Source: Takakia lepidozioides
Taxonomy: Eukaryota; Plantae; Bryophyta
Reading direction: 5' to 3'
DNA: 64,000 nucleotides
Assembly (NCBI GenBank): GCA_030704615.1
Contig: CM060733.1
Span: 26,660,001 to 26,724,000 of the forward strand
Shown: positions 52,001 to 64,000 of the stretch, piece after piece
How positions within the stretch are numbered: position 1 is the stretch's first letter
Layout of the letters: each line of letters begins with the position of its first letter
Translations under genes and position numbers: made by a program
The notes under the pieces: generated by a model
Databases searched by the model: none
Seen by the model: the letters and a program-made list of their open reading frames with translations, nothing else
What the model was told of the DNA's origin: nothing

Positions 52001-55000
52001 CTTACCCCGTCAGTTTCGTAATATATAGAGCATGGACAAACCCCAAAAATCAACTGTCTGGATTCCGACCTGAATTCCACAGATTGAGGTGCATGCATAT
52101 ATGGGTGACCCCCCTCAGAGTTGGCCTTCCAGTGCACACACCCCTCACAACAGGAGATGACAATGAATGCGATGCTCATGTTCAGAATGAGCTTGAATTG
52201 ACTTGAGTGTTCCACTGAGAATTGCGTAACGTACATGGCCGACTGCTTGATTGACCAGATCCTTTTGGTCCAATCCAACAGTTATGGTCAATAGATACTT
52301 CGGCTTTACTGGCAAATCCTGCACAGTGTGACAGTGAAAATGCTCACAACTGCTAAAAAACGTCTATGGTTTCAGACAGAACAATGATCTACATGGAGAG
52401 AGTATCATCAACCTGAATAATACATATAAATATGTTCTCTCTTCAATGGCTTGCCAGCAATTTTGTTCCCTGATCTGGTACAAGTATAGGTAGATCATCC
52501 TAAGGAATTATGGACCTGGATACGTCCGAGCAGTTCTTCTCTTTCACTAGCAAAAAAGCTAGACTTCCTTTGTCAGAAATAGAACACTAAATGGTTTCAA
52601 AGCCACAATTTTCGTGTGAGAAACTCGAAGACTATTTGAGGCTCAACTTGGGACAAATTAAGATCGCTAAAACGAGATTGCAATCAGAAAAAGTGTTAAA
52701 AGTGGGTCAAAGTGATAGATTTCTTGGAAGCATTCTCTCCTTAAGAATGCACTCTGTGAACGCTGTGGTCTAGGAATCGTAGAGAGACTACAACGCATTC
52801 TGTGGCCCCCCGAATTGTTTGGCCCCTGGTCAAGGTAGTTTACCCAAGCCCAGGATGATAGACCCCCAGCTCGGACAGCCACTTGCATGCTCTATATTTG
52901 AAACTCCTAGATGCGCCACAATGGCAGGACGTAAGTGGACTCTCCGACAATCGTCTCTTACAACAATCTATCTGCTTTCTACAATTTTGAAGAATATCTG
53001 AGGATTGAATCTAAGAAAGCATGGATAAAACTATGTTTAGATATATATGTGAGTTAGGAGTCTGATCCACATACACCCACTGTCGCTTCAGACTATCTCT
53101 GAGGACCTCCAGGTGATCACAGGCAAAACATACACTCTACTACGGCTTCTACACCACCTGGGGCCTTCAGGGATCATGTACAACAAGAATGCAACTGGCC
53201 TGGCAGATCCCATGCCAGTTGTGCCACTCCACTCTCGATCCAAATTCCTTTGAGTTTAATTGCATCATCATCTTCTCACCTTCTTTTTTTTTTCCCAGAG
53301 GCCCTGGAATATTTTATTAATGGATAAAACGGAGACAGGAGGAAAAAATAACCTCACTATAATAACAAGCCTAAAACAGCGATGGGCTCTCTTGCTTTCT
53401 CACAACATAAGAGGAAGGTGAGAGTAAGGGGCATGACTGAGCACAACACACCAATCGGAGCCTTGACATGGTGTAAGGTCCTTTGACCACATTTTCTCCA
53501 TTGACTTCAACCTGTTGCAAAGTCTCTCTCTGCAAGAGAGCCAACAAACGTATGCCTGGCCCAGCCAGAATCCATTGAGCATTGCTTGGTTGATTGCCCA
53601 CTCTCCAACAGAGTATGGAGAACTTCGTTGACCTTTTACTCCAATTGGGAGTCTTTTCCTTCTCCCCTACCTTCTCTGCTGTAGTTGAATTTGCTGCCTA
53701 GTCATATGCTTTGTCGTTGCCCTGTGTGGGCTTGTCTTAGGGCTCACACATTGTGGAACCTTTGGAAAGCTGGGTGTGCTTTGGTTTATGAAGGGAAACC
53801 CCCCAGGGGCAGATCCATACTTTTTTCGCATCTACCATCGCATCTACTAGGACCTGCTTACTGAGGGGAGAAAAGCTTGGGGCACTTTGATTGCAGCTCT
53901 TTCCAGATCTTCAGAACAACGCGGGAGGAAGCTCCTCCATGATTTTCAGCAGTCCTGGGCAAAAACGACACTCTAGGCACCACTCTTCCAAGCATGCGGT
54001 TCATTTGGCAAGTCACCAACCCCACTGCCTGGGGTGTCCCCTGGTGAGGGGGAAGACGGTGACTACAATTTGGAGGAACAAGAAGACCAGGGTCACAAAG
54101 TTTAGAACCCAGCTGCGGTTTTAGTTCCAATCTTCTTGCTTCCTTATCTTTTTCCTTTCCCCTGCTAGGCAATTCGAGATCAGGCACTGTCTGACTTGTC
54201 TCCCTGTCAGGTGTTAGTGGACAACATTGTTTGGCTGCGCCTTGTCTTTTATTACGATCAGGCAATGTTTGGCCTTCCACCAGGAATCATCTTCGACTTA
54301 GGAACTCCAGCCTTCACTGGGCTTCCCTTCTGGTGTCTCAGGAATAGGGTTTCTCTCCTTCCCAATTTACTCCCCGCTTCATCTCTCTCCCTTTCTTGAA
54401 CCTAGTTTAGCTAGTTTGCTATGGTTTCGGGGCTCGGCGAGCCTTCACGGCCTCCCTCGTGGTTATTTTTCCCACCATATGTGAACTCTTATTTATTGGC
54501 CCTGCCCCACAAGGTAGGGACTACAAAGGGACAACGCATCAAGTTGGCCAAAGTACCCTCAACCTTATATCATGGGTTGTTCCCATGAGACGTAATGGGG
54601 ACATGAAAGTTTTTATAAGTTCCCAGTTGGGCACATGTTACACTACACGGGGCTACTCATCGAGTTGGCCAAAGTGCCCTTAACCTTATATCATGGGTTG
54701 TTCCCATGAGACGTAATGGGGACATGAAAGTTTTTATAAGTTCCCAGTTGGGCACATGTTACACTTCACGGGGCTACTCATCGAGTTGGCCAAAGTGCCC
54801 TTAACCTTATATCATGGGTTGTTCCCATGAGACGTAATGGGGACATGAAAGTTTTTATAAGTTCCCAGTTGGGCACATGTTACACTTCACGGGGCTACTC
54901 ATCGAGTTGGCCAAAGTGATCGAGTTGGCCAAAGTGCCCTTAACCTTATATCATGGGTTGTTCCCATGAGACGTAATGGGGACATGAAAGTTTTTATAAG

Positions 55001-58000
55001 TTCCCATTTGGGCACATGTTACACTTCACGGGCCTACTCATCGAGTTGGCCAAAGTGCCCTTAACCTTATATCATGGGTTGTTCCCATGAAAGTTTTTAA
55101 TTCCCAGTTGGGCACACGTTACACTTCATATCAAATATATATATATATATATAACGCCTCCCCGAAGCTTATGATGTCACTTCACACTTTCATGACACAC
55201 CAGATCGTGGATTGAACCCACAACCACATCAACCCATTACCACTCGGCTACATGTTGGTTGTCCACTTCATATCAATAAAACAATGGCAGGGCCTCCATG
55301 TATCTCATGCCTTGTTTAATTTGATTAAAAGGGCTTTTGACCCCCTTTCTCTAAAAAAAAACAAAAAACAAAAACAAACAAACGCATGGAATTCATGCAA
55401 GCCCTGCCATATAGTAATTATGAATAGGTAGTAAAAATCTGGAAGATCACATAGTGTCTATTAACAAATGCATGCAATTCATGCAAGCCCTGGCCTCTAG
55501 TAATTATGAATTGATAGTAAAAATTTGGCAGTGTTTATTAATAAAAATCGCGGTAACAGGACTTGAGCCCTGAATCACCCGGTGGCATGTAGGGTAATAT
55601 CCTCATTTATGGCATGCACAAGAAGTTGAACTCCAGTGCTAAAGGCCAAACAAAACTGGGATCTCATTCATTAGAAATATGGGCAGAATATTTGGTGGCA
55701 ACTGTCTTGATCAAATTGGAAGTCTAATCGAAATTATCGATGCTAAAGCGTAAAGGAGCTGAACCCTTTGCGCAGTCCTGCCTTAGGAAGGCAGGCCAAT
55801 AAATATCACGGTAACAGGATTTGAGGCCCGAATCACCCATGTGGCACGCACGGTAATATCCAATGGACTTTCCTTTACGACATGCACAAGAAGTTGAATG
55901 GATGTCATTCATTAAAAGACAAAATATTCTATTGACAACTGTCTCGATCGAATTCGAATCGTAATCTCGAAAATATCAGTACTAAAGCAACTGAAAACCC
56001 TTTGTGTAGTCCCGCCTTAGCAGGGCCAACAAAATAATTCCCACTTTGTTAGGAATGAGAAATGATATACATTTGAGGAATGATGAAATCTCTAACATCT
56101 TTATTTGCTGAAAAACAGAAGAGAAAAATGAGGTAAAAACAAATCCCCAATGAGATAAAATGACCAACTAAGATTTCATTTTGTTTTTATTGCTTTTGGA
56201 AATAGGGGCTCCCTAGCAGTGGACATTGCATTAGACAAAATGAGATAAAAGAAAATAATAATAATTAATAATAATAATAATAAAGAGAGTGAGAAATTCT
56301 TCTAAGGAGTGATGAAATCCCTAACATCTTTAGGAGAGAACGATGAAGACAACCATGAGATTAAAACAAACTGACCAACTGAGATTTTTTTGTTTTTTTG
56401 ATATCGGTGAACCATGGTTGGTTCCTTTGCTACCGTTGTGTTGTTTTGGGAGGTTCCCCGCGATTGTTTTGCCTAATGGCCTTCGCGAGGTCATTTTTCC
56501 TCATCCTTTAATTTGGGTATCAGGGCTATGGTCCCTTTCATTAAAAATAGAAAAAAAATAGAAAAAAATAGAGAGGAAGCCGTGGATTTTATTTTTTTTA
56601 AGGGAAATACCTGGGAGCGACAACTCACAAATTAGGCCCCTTGAAAGGGAGAAGAGAAAATAACCTCTTTCACGGTAACCTCGCCCTGAAGGCCGCTTTC
56701 GAATGGGACACCGCCCAAGGGAATGGGAAGAAGAACATACCACACCCATCAAGGTAGCAAGATTTGATCCCAGAATCATCTGGGTGGCACTGAGTGCACT
56801 ATCCAACTGAGCTATTGACTGTTGGTGTGGAAATTGTATTTAGTTAAAAAAGAAAAATAAGGTAAAACTAACAATAAATAAATAATAATACTAGTTATGT
56901 AGAAATTATGTGTCAATGTTGTGATTTGAGAAAGCTATGCTTGCATATAAAAGCATATAAAAATAAAAATATTTTGAAATTGTTTATATTGCAAAAATAG
57001 GCCTAAGACTATCACAAGAAAAACAACACAATTAAAATAAGTCTGCGATGTCACTCAGTTAACTTCGTCCGACATGGCTTGAGAGGTTGTTACAGAGCTT
57101 GTTATGGGAAAAAAATAATCAAGATTTCTCATTACATTATCGACCTGACAAAAAATCTTGGAATGATTGATCTAAGATATTAAAATAAAAAATAATGTAT
57201 AAGTGGTCGAAACGGAAGCCTTTAGGGTGAAGTGACACCATGAGCTATGCCTTCTTGGGGAGGAGTCTTCCTCCTCCTCTGTCTAAGTGGTCAATTGAAA
57301 AGTAATTAGGATTAATGCAAACATGTCAACATCCGTACCTCTGCCGGATTTCCCCATAATCTTCGAAGATGGAGGTCTGAAAGTGGGTTAAGTATATTTT
57401 GCGGAAGAGATTTTGCAATACCCTGCGGTTGTGCATCAAGACATATGATACATGTGCTTGAAATTATCTCATATTTAATTAGGTCCATACTACATTGCCT
57501 CATTTGTTTCTAAACCTATTGCCTAATCACTATCAAGAAGTGATCACATTAAGTTTCATCATAGTGGAGTGTTGAGAGAGTTGTTGTGATCATTAACTGA
57601 AGGAACCATATCATTGTGAGAGATAGAGGAAGAAAGTGTTTCTAACTCTTTAGTGGCTTTTAAGCCCATGTTTGTGCTTGATTGTTGTTTTGAAGATATA
57701 GTCATACATTTGTAAAATAAAACAAATTGGGAATACGACAAGGGTTGACGATTGATAATTACCTGGTGAAGTTTTAAAGATCCTGCGGGAGCAGGTTTTC
57801 GATAATTGACATGTTGCAGTTGCTGAAAATGAAGACCCGTCAAATTATTTGATGGGATGCCAAACTGTATAATACGTTGTCAACAACATCAAGGCTATCA
57901 CTTCCATGTTGTGATCAGCAAATCATATTTAAGATCAAAGCAATATGAACAAACTTGTCTAAAGTACCCATGCCATGCATTTATCTGCAGAAAGTTAGGG

Positions 58001-58166
58001 CCAAAGGACCTCAACTATGTATCAAATGCAACCCTTTGTTCATATGTTTATACCTTCAGGAAGGTGAACCCAATTACACCTCCAAATACAACTCCATAAA
58101 AAACTGCGCCAATTGTTTTCAACATGTCATTCGGCGTTTTGGAGAGCAACAACAATATAACACAAT
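49059..58166 (-). CDS. DUF707 family protein (type II membrane, putative glycosyltransferase), ~13 coding exons
   Basis: Exons 58166-58054 (TM: GAVFYGVVFGGVIGFTF), probably 57984-57955 and 57822-57763, then 57422-57339 (SDLHLRRLWGNP), 52318-52235 (KPKYLLTITVG), 51987-51872 (LFHYDG...AIHVSA), 51710-51609 (WYAKRFLHPDIV...IWDED), 51370-51233 (GLEISQP), 50806-50750, 50472-50406 (FVEIMAPVFSR), 50112-50059 (NDLVHGWGLD), 49951-49877 (IGVVDAQW), 49475-49440, 49161-49059. All GT-AG and in phase. Start uncertain (ATG at 58125 or an unseen upstream exon). Confidence 0.9.
53370..54300 (-). mobile_element. degraded L1-type LINE relic (ORF1/endonuclease region) in the DUF707 intron
   Basis: MLGRVVPRV...GASSRVVLKIW, a decayed zinc knuckle DLP..HKPKH, and WILAG resembling the APE WILxGDFN motif. 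Confidence 0.35.
54537..55128. repeat. 121-bp tandem array, ~4.8 near-identical units
   Basis: Units start at 54537, 54658, 54779, 54900, 55039. 18-bp internal duplication at 54901-54936. Last unit has a CATGA-bounded deletion. Each unit contains the hairpin TCATGGG-TTGTT-CCCATGA. Confidence 0.97.
55201..55252 (-). mobile_element. tRNA-derived SINE head
   Basis: Minus strand TAGCCGAGTGG (A box) ... GGTTCAATCC (B box); no full cloverleaf. Confidence 0.55.
55540..56040. repeat. diverged ~255-bp tandem duplication containing SINE-related sequence
   Basis: CGGTAACAGGAyTTGAG..GAATCACCC..GTGGCA and CATGCACAAGAAGTTGAA recur at ~55550 and ~55809. Confidence 0.7.
56753..56816 (-). mobile_element. 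tRNA-derived SINE head
   Basis: Minus strand TAGCTCAGTTGGATAGTGCAC (A box) ... GGGATCAAATC (degenerate B box). Confidence 0.6.
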
Positions 58167-60989
58167 CTATAAGATGGGGATAAGATAATAATCTTGGACT
58201 CCATACAACTAGATCAATCAATCATCAAGCAAATATTGTTTATATGTATTAATAAGATAAAGTGGCTCTTAGTTACAATGGCATTTGCCACAACATTCTC
58301 TCTTTCTTTCCATATGTATCATTGTCATATATTTGAACCCAATAAGAATTAGCTGAAAGCTCATCACATTGTACATCAGATAGTTGAGGCTTATATCTTA
58401 ACTATATGTTGAAAAATACAAATTTTCCAACTATTAGACTTTCTCCGTCATATAAAATGGAGATCTACCACTATGTCTTAATTTATTAGAGAGTACTATG
58501 GAAAATGTAAAATATAACATGTTGGATTTAGACTCCATGGTGATTGTGCATATAACAATCAAGTCATTGCTCTCCAAAATAACTCCATCAAGAAAGAGAG
58601 CACAAGCTCACAACTACAACAGTATAACAACTTCCATACAATTGGATGTTACTTTAAAGATGTGGATCATATTCATCTTAGAAATGAATAATTCCACCAA
58701 TCAAAGAAATATGAATATTGATCATTTACATAAATGCAGTGAGCACCCCAAGTTTTTGGGAAAAAAAAAATCAGCTAACAAGATGTCCGAATTAAGATGG
58801 CTATTGCATGTGGCCCCACCTAGCTATTACATATCCTATAAAAATGGCGAATGTATATAGGGCCTTGTTGGACTTCATGCATGCGCCAAGTTGACGAAGC
58901 TTCTAGATGTAAAGATATGGGATACATCAACCTGACCACTTCACAATTCTATTACGATAAATATCTCAGTTTGCATGTTATAACAACAATCGTGTCAGTA
59001 CATTTGAATCATGGCGTTGAAAAGAATTACATAATCAAGCGCAAATCAACAAATCATTACAAGGAAAGCTAGATATGAATATATTAGTCTATCATGATAA
59101 AAAACTTTAGCAAATAACGAAATGATATTGTCAAATGTGTCAATTAATAAGTTGATAGTTTAATATCAAGTTGATTTGATATCTAAATTTGTCATGTCAA
59201 TAAAAATTCAACGCACTTGAGTAGAATGTGGTTCTTCACTTCAACTTGCACCATGTAATGTCATTTAAGCTCATTGGGGTGTTGTTGTTTGTAACTGTGA
59301 ACTTCCCTTCAAACAAGCAGACAGTGGTCTCCACACATATAAAAACGTCTTATGCACCATGTGGGAGATCAAGATAGGATCAACAACTTGAAGAGCAGTG
59401 TACGATCTCGGACCCCCACCGTGTCTCCATAAGCTTGTTCAACAATATAGAAAACCACTCCATTAGCTACACACCACGACTTTCTTGTCCAATTTTTGGG
59501 CTTTGGTGCAATGAGCGCAGCCGGGTTCGTTCTTGAATGGGTGTTACGAAGACTTGTTAGGCTGGTGATGTCCGCTTGGGAAAGGGCCTAAAGCAAGGGC
59601 CCACATAGCCAACCCATCCAGAATGCTAAGTAACAAGGTGCAAGTAGAGGCGACAGGGGTGAGTGTTTTATCGGTATGCAAACGTTAGTTGATCAACTTA
59701 TCAACATCTGCAATTCATCTGTCAGAGTTCAATCGACATGAGATTGTCATCATCAGCCCTATAGAGAATAACCGACTGTTGGTGTGTCACTTGTTACGTG
59801 GCTCGAAAGATGTGTCTGGTTATGCTGCATGCACAAACACCCAAGCAAGGGTCTCCATGCTTTGCTCTTATAGAGTTCAATATGAATAGACTGCAATCCT
59901 CTACCCATTGTTCATAACTCAATTTTAACTAATTCCGGACTTGAGATGAGTCCAAAAATAAGAATAAGTGAATAAAAAAATAATTTTTATTCTACTAACA
60001 ATACGTTAGTGCCATTACAAATTAGTCATATATACTTTGATCAACTTTAGAAATGTTCGCAGATGTTGGACAAATGAAAAACTTTGACTCTAATGCCGAT
60101 GTTCACAAAGAGAGATAAAGGACAGAATATATACTTCAACCACATCATGTAGAGCTTAAAGTCCAAAACTGACAAAAAGTGGAAACAAACATTAAAATCA
60201 GGAGAGCTTCATTCATAGTTTAGATCATCCAATAGAAATGACAAATCAAACTTGGACACAGATGAGAATAGATCATTTTTATTTTCGAATGTCATTGAAT
60301 GCACAATGATATTCACTACATGCGACCTTGACATGTAAGTCGAACTGTACAGATATACACTAAAGAACTTGTGATTTTTACAGTAAATTATCTATATGCC
60401 CTGCCATAGCCGTAAATAATACTATAATTGTTAAGAACTAACATCATGGGATGACATATTCTAGACTTGAGAAGCCGTCCTTCCGACTTGTATTCAGGGG
60501 CTGAGTTCGAAGACACCTCCTCATGCCCCATCCGATTCCAGCTTGATTTTCTGCACCAGAAGATAATGATCCATTTTCTGAATGGTCAAATAGATCATCA
60601 GAATTGATACTGGAACGTGTGGTTGACGAAGATTCAGATCTTGAACCATTTCGATTTTGAACCATTTTGACGAATGTTTGCTTTCTCTTTGAGAACCAGA
60701 GTCCTCAACTCATACTCGTAAGTCACTGAAAAATATCGAAGCCCACAAACCCAATCAGAAACGACCGGCTAATTGAGAAACTAAAAAAAAGAACAGTACA
60801 TACCTAAAAAGAGTGCATGTTATCATTCAATATTTATGTAACTTTGACATGAATGGTGAAGTACATACCAAGGTAATTAGGCTGACTTGTCCACGGATGG
60901 AAAACAGAAGGATCCAAATATCACCCATACCAAGACCATAGTGGGTGATCCCGATCTATCGCTGCGCGAGATGCTTTTGCAAAGCTCTC

Positions 60990-61453
60990 ACTCACGTACT
61001 CAACAACACTGGATACTCCTATCATGTTTGAGATGAATGGTCATACTGCATCATTTATATTAGACAGCTTATTTTTTGACCCATTAAAAGTTAAAGGGAA
61101 ATATCTAGTATTTGCAGGGTTTCTGAGTGATTTTGATGGTTCATCATCCACCAGAAGGATTTGCCCTTCCTTCACAAACATTTTTTCAGGAAAACTAGTA
61201 AGAACGGTTTGAATATCCTTAATGAGATATCTCATCCCAGACTTAAGATAGTCAAAGGTCGCATTGCAATGCTCATTGGACCAAACAAAACAGAAGAGCT
61301 TCATCATATCAATGGCCGAGGAATGACAAAAGGAGTATCTGGGACCTTAATGGTCATATTTCTCCACGAAAATCTGTTTTTGAACATCTCTCTTCCGGTC
61401 GGAGGTGGTCGATAGCAAATGAGACCATTAATATTCAATATTATGAGCTTCAT
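60990..61453 (-). pseudogene. FCP1/NIF-type HAD phosphatase-like pseudogene (copy 2)
   Basis: MKLIILNINGLIC...PRP...FVWS...IKDI...ILLVDDEPSKSLRNPANTRYFPLTFNG. Catalytic D replaced by N; deletions and stops. Confidence 0.75.
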
Positions 61454-62309
61454 CCGCCTCTTCGGAGTAGAGGCATCCCTGTCCGAAGAAGCATAATTCT
61501 CCTGAAACTAATGTAATTGAGATTAGTGCAGATAAAACACCTATGCAACCTCGACATAAAGGTAAATGCATCCTTGAGATTCACCGAAAACAATTTGAAT
61601 ATCTCCACGACACTACAGAATCTTTATGAGGATATACCAAATGGATAAATGAATCACAATGCTTCAGACAAACTATAGAGTCGAGCATTAGAGAAAGATA
61701 TGCAGCTACTACGCTTTTGAATCCCTCTTGATTGAGATTCTGCAGAACAAATTTTATACACTTACACAACGTGGACATAGACTTAATCCATGCCGATGAT
61801 GGTGCCATCTGGTCCTGGGAAGAAAATTCAAACTTCCTAAATTCCTACAATATTTCAGCGGACCAAATGAGAGTATTGTCCACATGGTCGATTGAATATG
61901 CAGATACATTGCAAAAATCAGTTGGTTACCTTCTGCAACCCTCTCGACTGAAATTTGGTAGAACAAGTACGGGAGTCGGTTGAGTTTTGAAGGGACAGTA
62001 AAACATCCGACGCAATCTTCACGTTTGAGCAAACCATAAGCCTTTTATGAGTGGATCGCGATTTCTTCGAACACTCCGAAGTTTTCAGGCCAGACGTGCA
62101 ACATAAATCATCCACTTATTTTTTCCTTTCAAAGATGTGGGCATTGAGTGCAGGATGGGATGACATGAGGTCATTAGGAGATACATCCGGACTTGAGATC
62201 TTCATATCCTGAATTGAACGTCAAATATTGAGATTACGTTGGATTATAATGTAGGAGAAGACGTCGCTTCACTTCACCCAATCTTACCTGGAGTAAAACA
62301 AGATCATCA

Positions 62310-62311
<2 letters not shown>

Positions 62312-62383
<72 letters not shown>
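62312..62383. repeat. (AT)n microsatellite within a short minus-strand intron
   Basis: ~36 AT units between a GT donor (~62412) and AG acceptor (~62289) on the minus strand. Confidence 0.95.
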
Positions 62384-62387
<4 letters not shown>

Positions 62388-62932
62388 AGGAAGACAAAAC
62401 AAGAAAAGTATACCTTGTTCCTCCTCAAGTATCCATGTGTCCATCCATGATGTTGTGGAATAAACGTTGGGATTTTGTCAACCTCTTCAAGACAACGTTC
62501 CACCACTCTGTTGAGTGATAACCTTGTTTTCACTCAAATCCTCCAATTGAGATCTAATAGACTCAAGTCTTGTGGAAACTCCATTGTGACATTCAATAAC
62601 ACGGTGTTCTTGAATATTTTGTACCGACTTTAAAACTTGTAATAGACAGGACATGATCAAATGAGACTCAACCTCGATACATCCTCGACATTACTATTGA
62701 AGTTAGTGGAAAGTACACTTAGTGGACAACACAAGTTCTATGATGAAGCAACGCCATCAAACGATAAAACACTTAAAAGTTTTTAGCTACTTACAATCTT
62801 AGCATTCATTCGGAACAACAACAATGTAAGCCTGCAAAACATGCTAGATTGAACGTTTACTCAAAATTTGCACAAAGTGAATATGTACATTTACTTTACA
62901 TGGGGTTTTAAAACCCCAAATTGTATATCGAA

Positions 62933-63658
62933 TCATTCACAAATAAGATAATCGTTGCAAGAGCACTTTAAAAAAGATCTAAGACTGTCATATTTAGGGT
63001 TAGAAAGGCTCTCAGGTCCCACCCCAATCTGGTTCTTAACAACATAGTCTGGGACATTTAATGGACTCTCCAGCATCCCATCAAGAAACTTTTGAAGCAC
63101 CAACAAGTAGCTGTTGTCGGTCTCAATTGACTCAAATGTCTTCAAGAATAAGCATGACCCTACAGGATTGAGTAGACATTTCAGAGGAGTATCATCAATC
63201 AGAAACGTATTTTTGTCATCGAACTTTCATCTCGTCTTCACCCACAGCCCCGCGTTCAGAAACACGTTCGGGGAGTTTTTTAATCTATCGTTATAGTTTG
63301 GATGGACTTTGCTAGGACACGAAAGACAATCCTTCTGCGACATAATAAAGTCTAGTTGTGGTAACCCCTCCAACATGATATCAAGGACGGGCTTGAGGTT
63401 CCTTAGCTCCATGCAGCTCCAAATAACTAGGTGGAATCGCTCATGTAAATGCTTCCACACCTCTCGATATTTCTCCCGCCAAAAAATCTGCCTTCTAATG
63501 GCTACAATAGGAACGCTGAAGTCGTTCTCGGAGTATTTAGGCACATGATTATTAGATCCTTGAGACCAAATGATTTTACAGATAACACCGTTCAGATCAA
63601 ATATAATCAGTCGAGTTTTACCACTATCCATAGATAAAGGTGTAGGTGGTGGTCGCAT
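62933..63658 (-). pseudogene. FCP1/NIF-type HAD phosphatase-like gene (copy 1) with one in-frame stop
   Basis: RLIIFDLNGVIC...RFHLVIWSC...FIMSQKDC...TR*KFDDKNTFLIDDTPLKCLLNP...VPDYV. ORFs 63227-63658 and 62933-63145 are in the same frame. Confidence 0.8.
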
Positions 63659-64000
63659 CAGTAGATGAATAGAAGAACAGAGTAAGTGATTGATTTAGCA
63701 GAAAATAAGGTGTCAGTCAAAAATATAAAACTTCAACTCGACACTAATGTCGAGATAATCTACCATCAACGATAAAACTTGGAGTTGCATCCCTTCGGTA
63801 AAAAAAAAAAGATATCACTGAAAAATATGTTCATACGAGCGTTCGCAATCCTAGGACTTACTCCCTGTGGCTACATGACCATACTTACCATATTAACCAC
63901 ATATTCCATAACATTTGCCATAACATAAGGCATTTGCCAGTGTTTCAAATAAAGTCTTGTCGTCCAATTGTGCAGACGCACCCTTTCAATGAATCCTAGA

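Noticed and set aside
54537-55128. CRISPR-like array
   Set aside because: Units are identical end to end with no unique spacers, there are no cas genes, and the context is a eukaryotic intron.
55201-56816. Functional tRNA genes
   Set aside because: Only A/B boxes are present; acceptor and anticodon stems cannot be formed.
62234-62533. ORF with an IYIYIY repeat
   Set aside because: Read-through of an intronic (AT)n microsatellite.

Overview
Eukaryotic nuclear DNA from a land plant, most likely a non-seed plant such as a bryophyte or lycophyte (inferred from gene families, intron style and TE types). Four apparently intact spliced genes can be reconstructed: two divergently oriented GH31 alpha-glucosidase/xylosidases (17826-24126 minus, 29661-33446 plus), a hevein-domain GH19 chitinase (45629-46882 plus), and a ~13-exon DUF707 putative glycosyltransferase (49059-58166 minus) that the ORF track largely misses. 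The first 17 kb is mostly pseudogenes and mobile-element debris: a SEL1-repeat gene exon, a Kelch F-box remnant, an intronless retrocopy of an NT-C2-family gene, a Crinkler-type REase+kinase remnant, duplicated SEN1-like helicase fragments, and a degraded T7-gp2.5/DUF2815-like ssDNA-binding ORF next to stacked Helitron-like 3' ends. Four 5'-truncated copies of a young (CATTT)n-tailed RTEX/L2-like LINE are present, three inserted at GAAAT motifs. The window also has hAT-type MITEs, tRNA-derived SINE heads, a 121-bp tandem array inside a probable non-autonomous Helitron, and two tandem FCP1/NIF HAD-phosphatase pseudogenes. All family calls come from motif recognition by eye; no database search was run.
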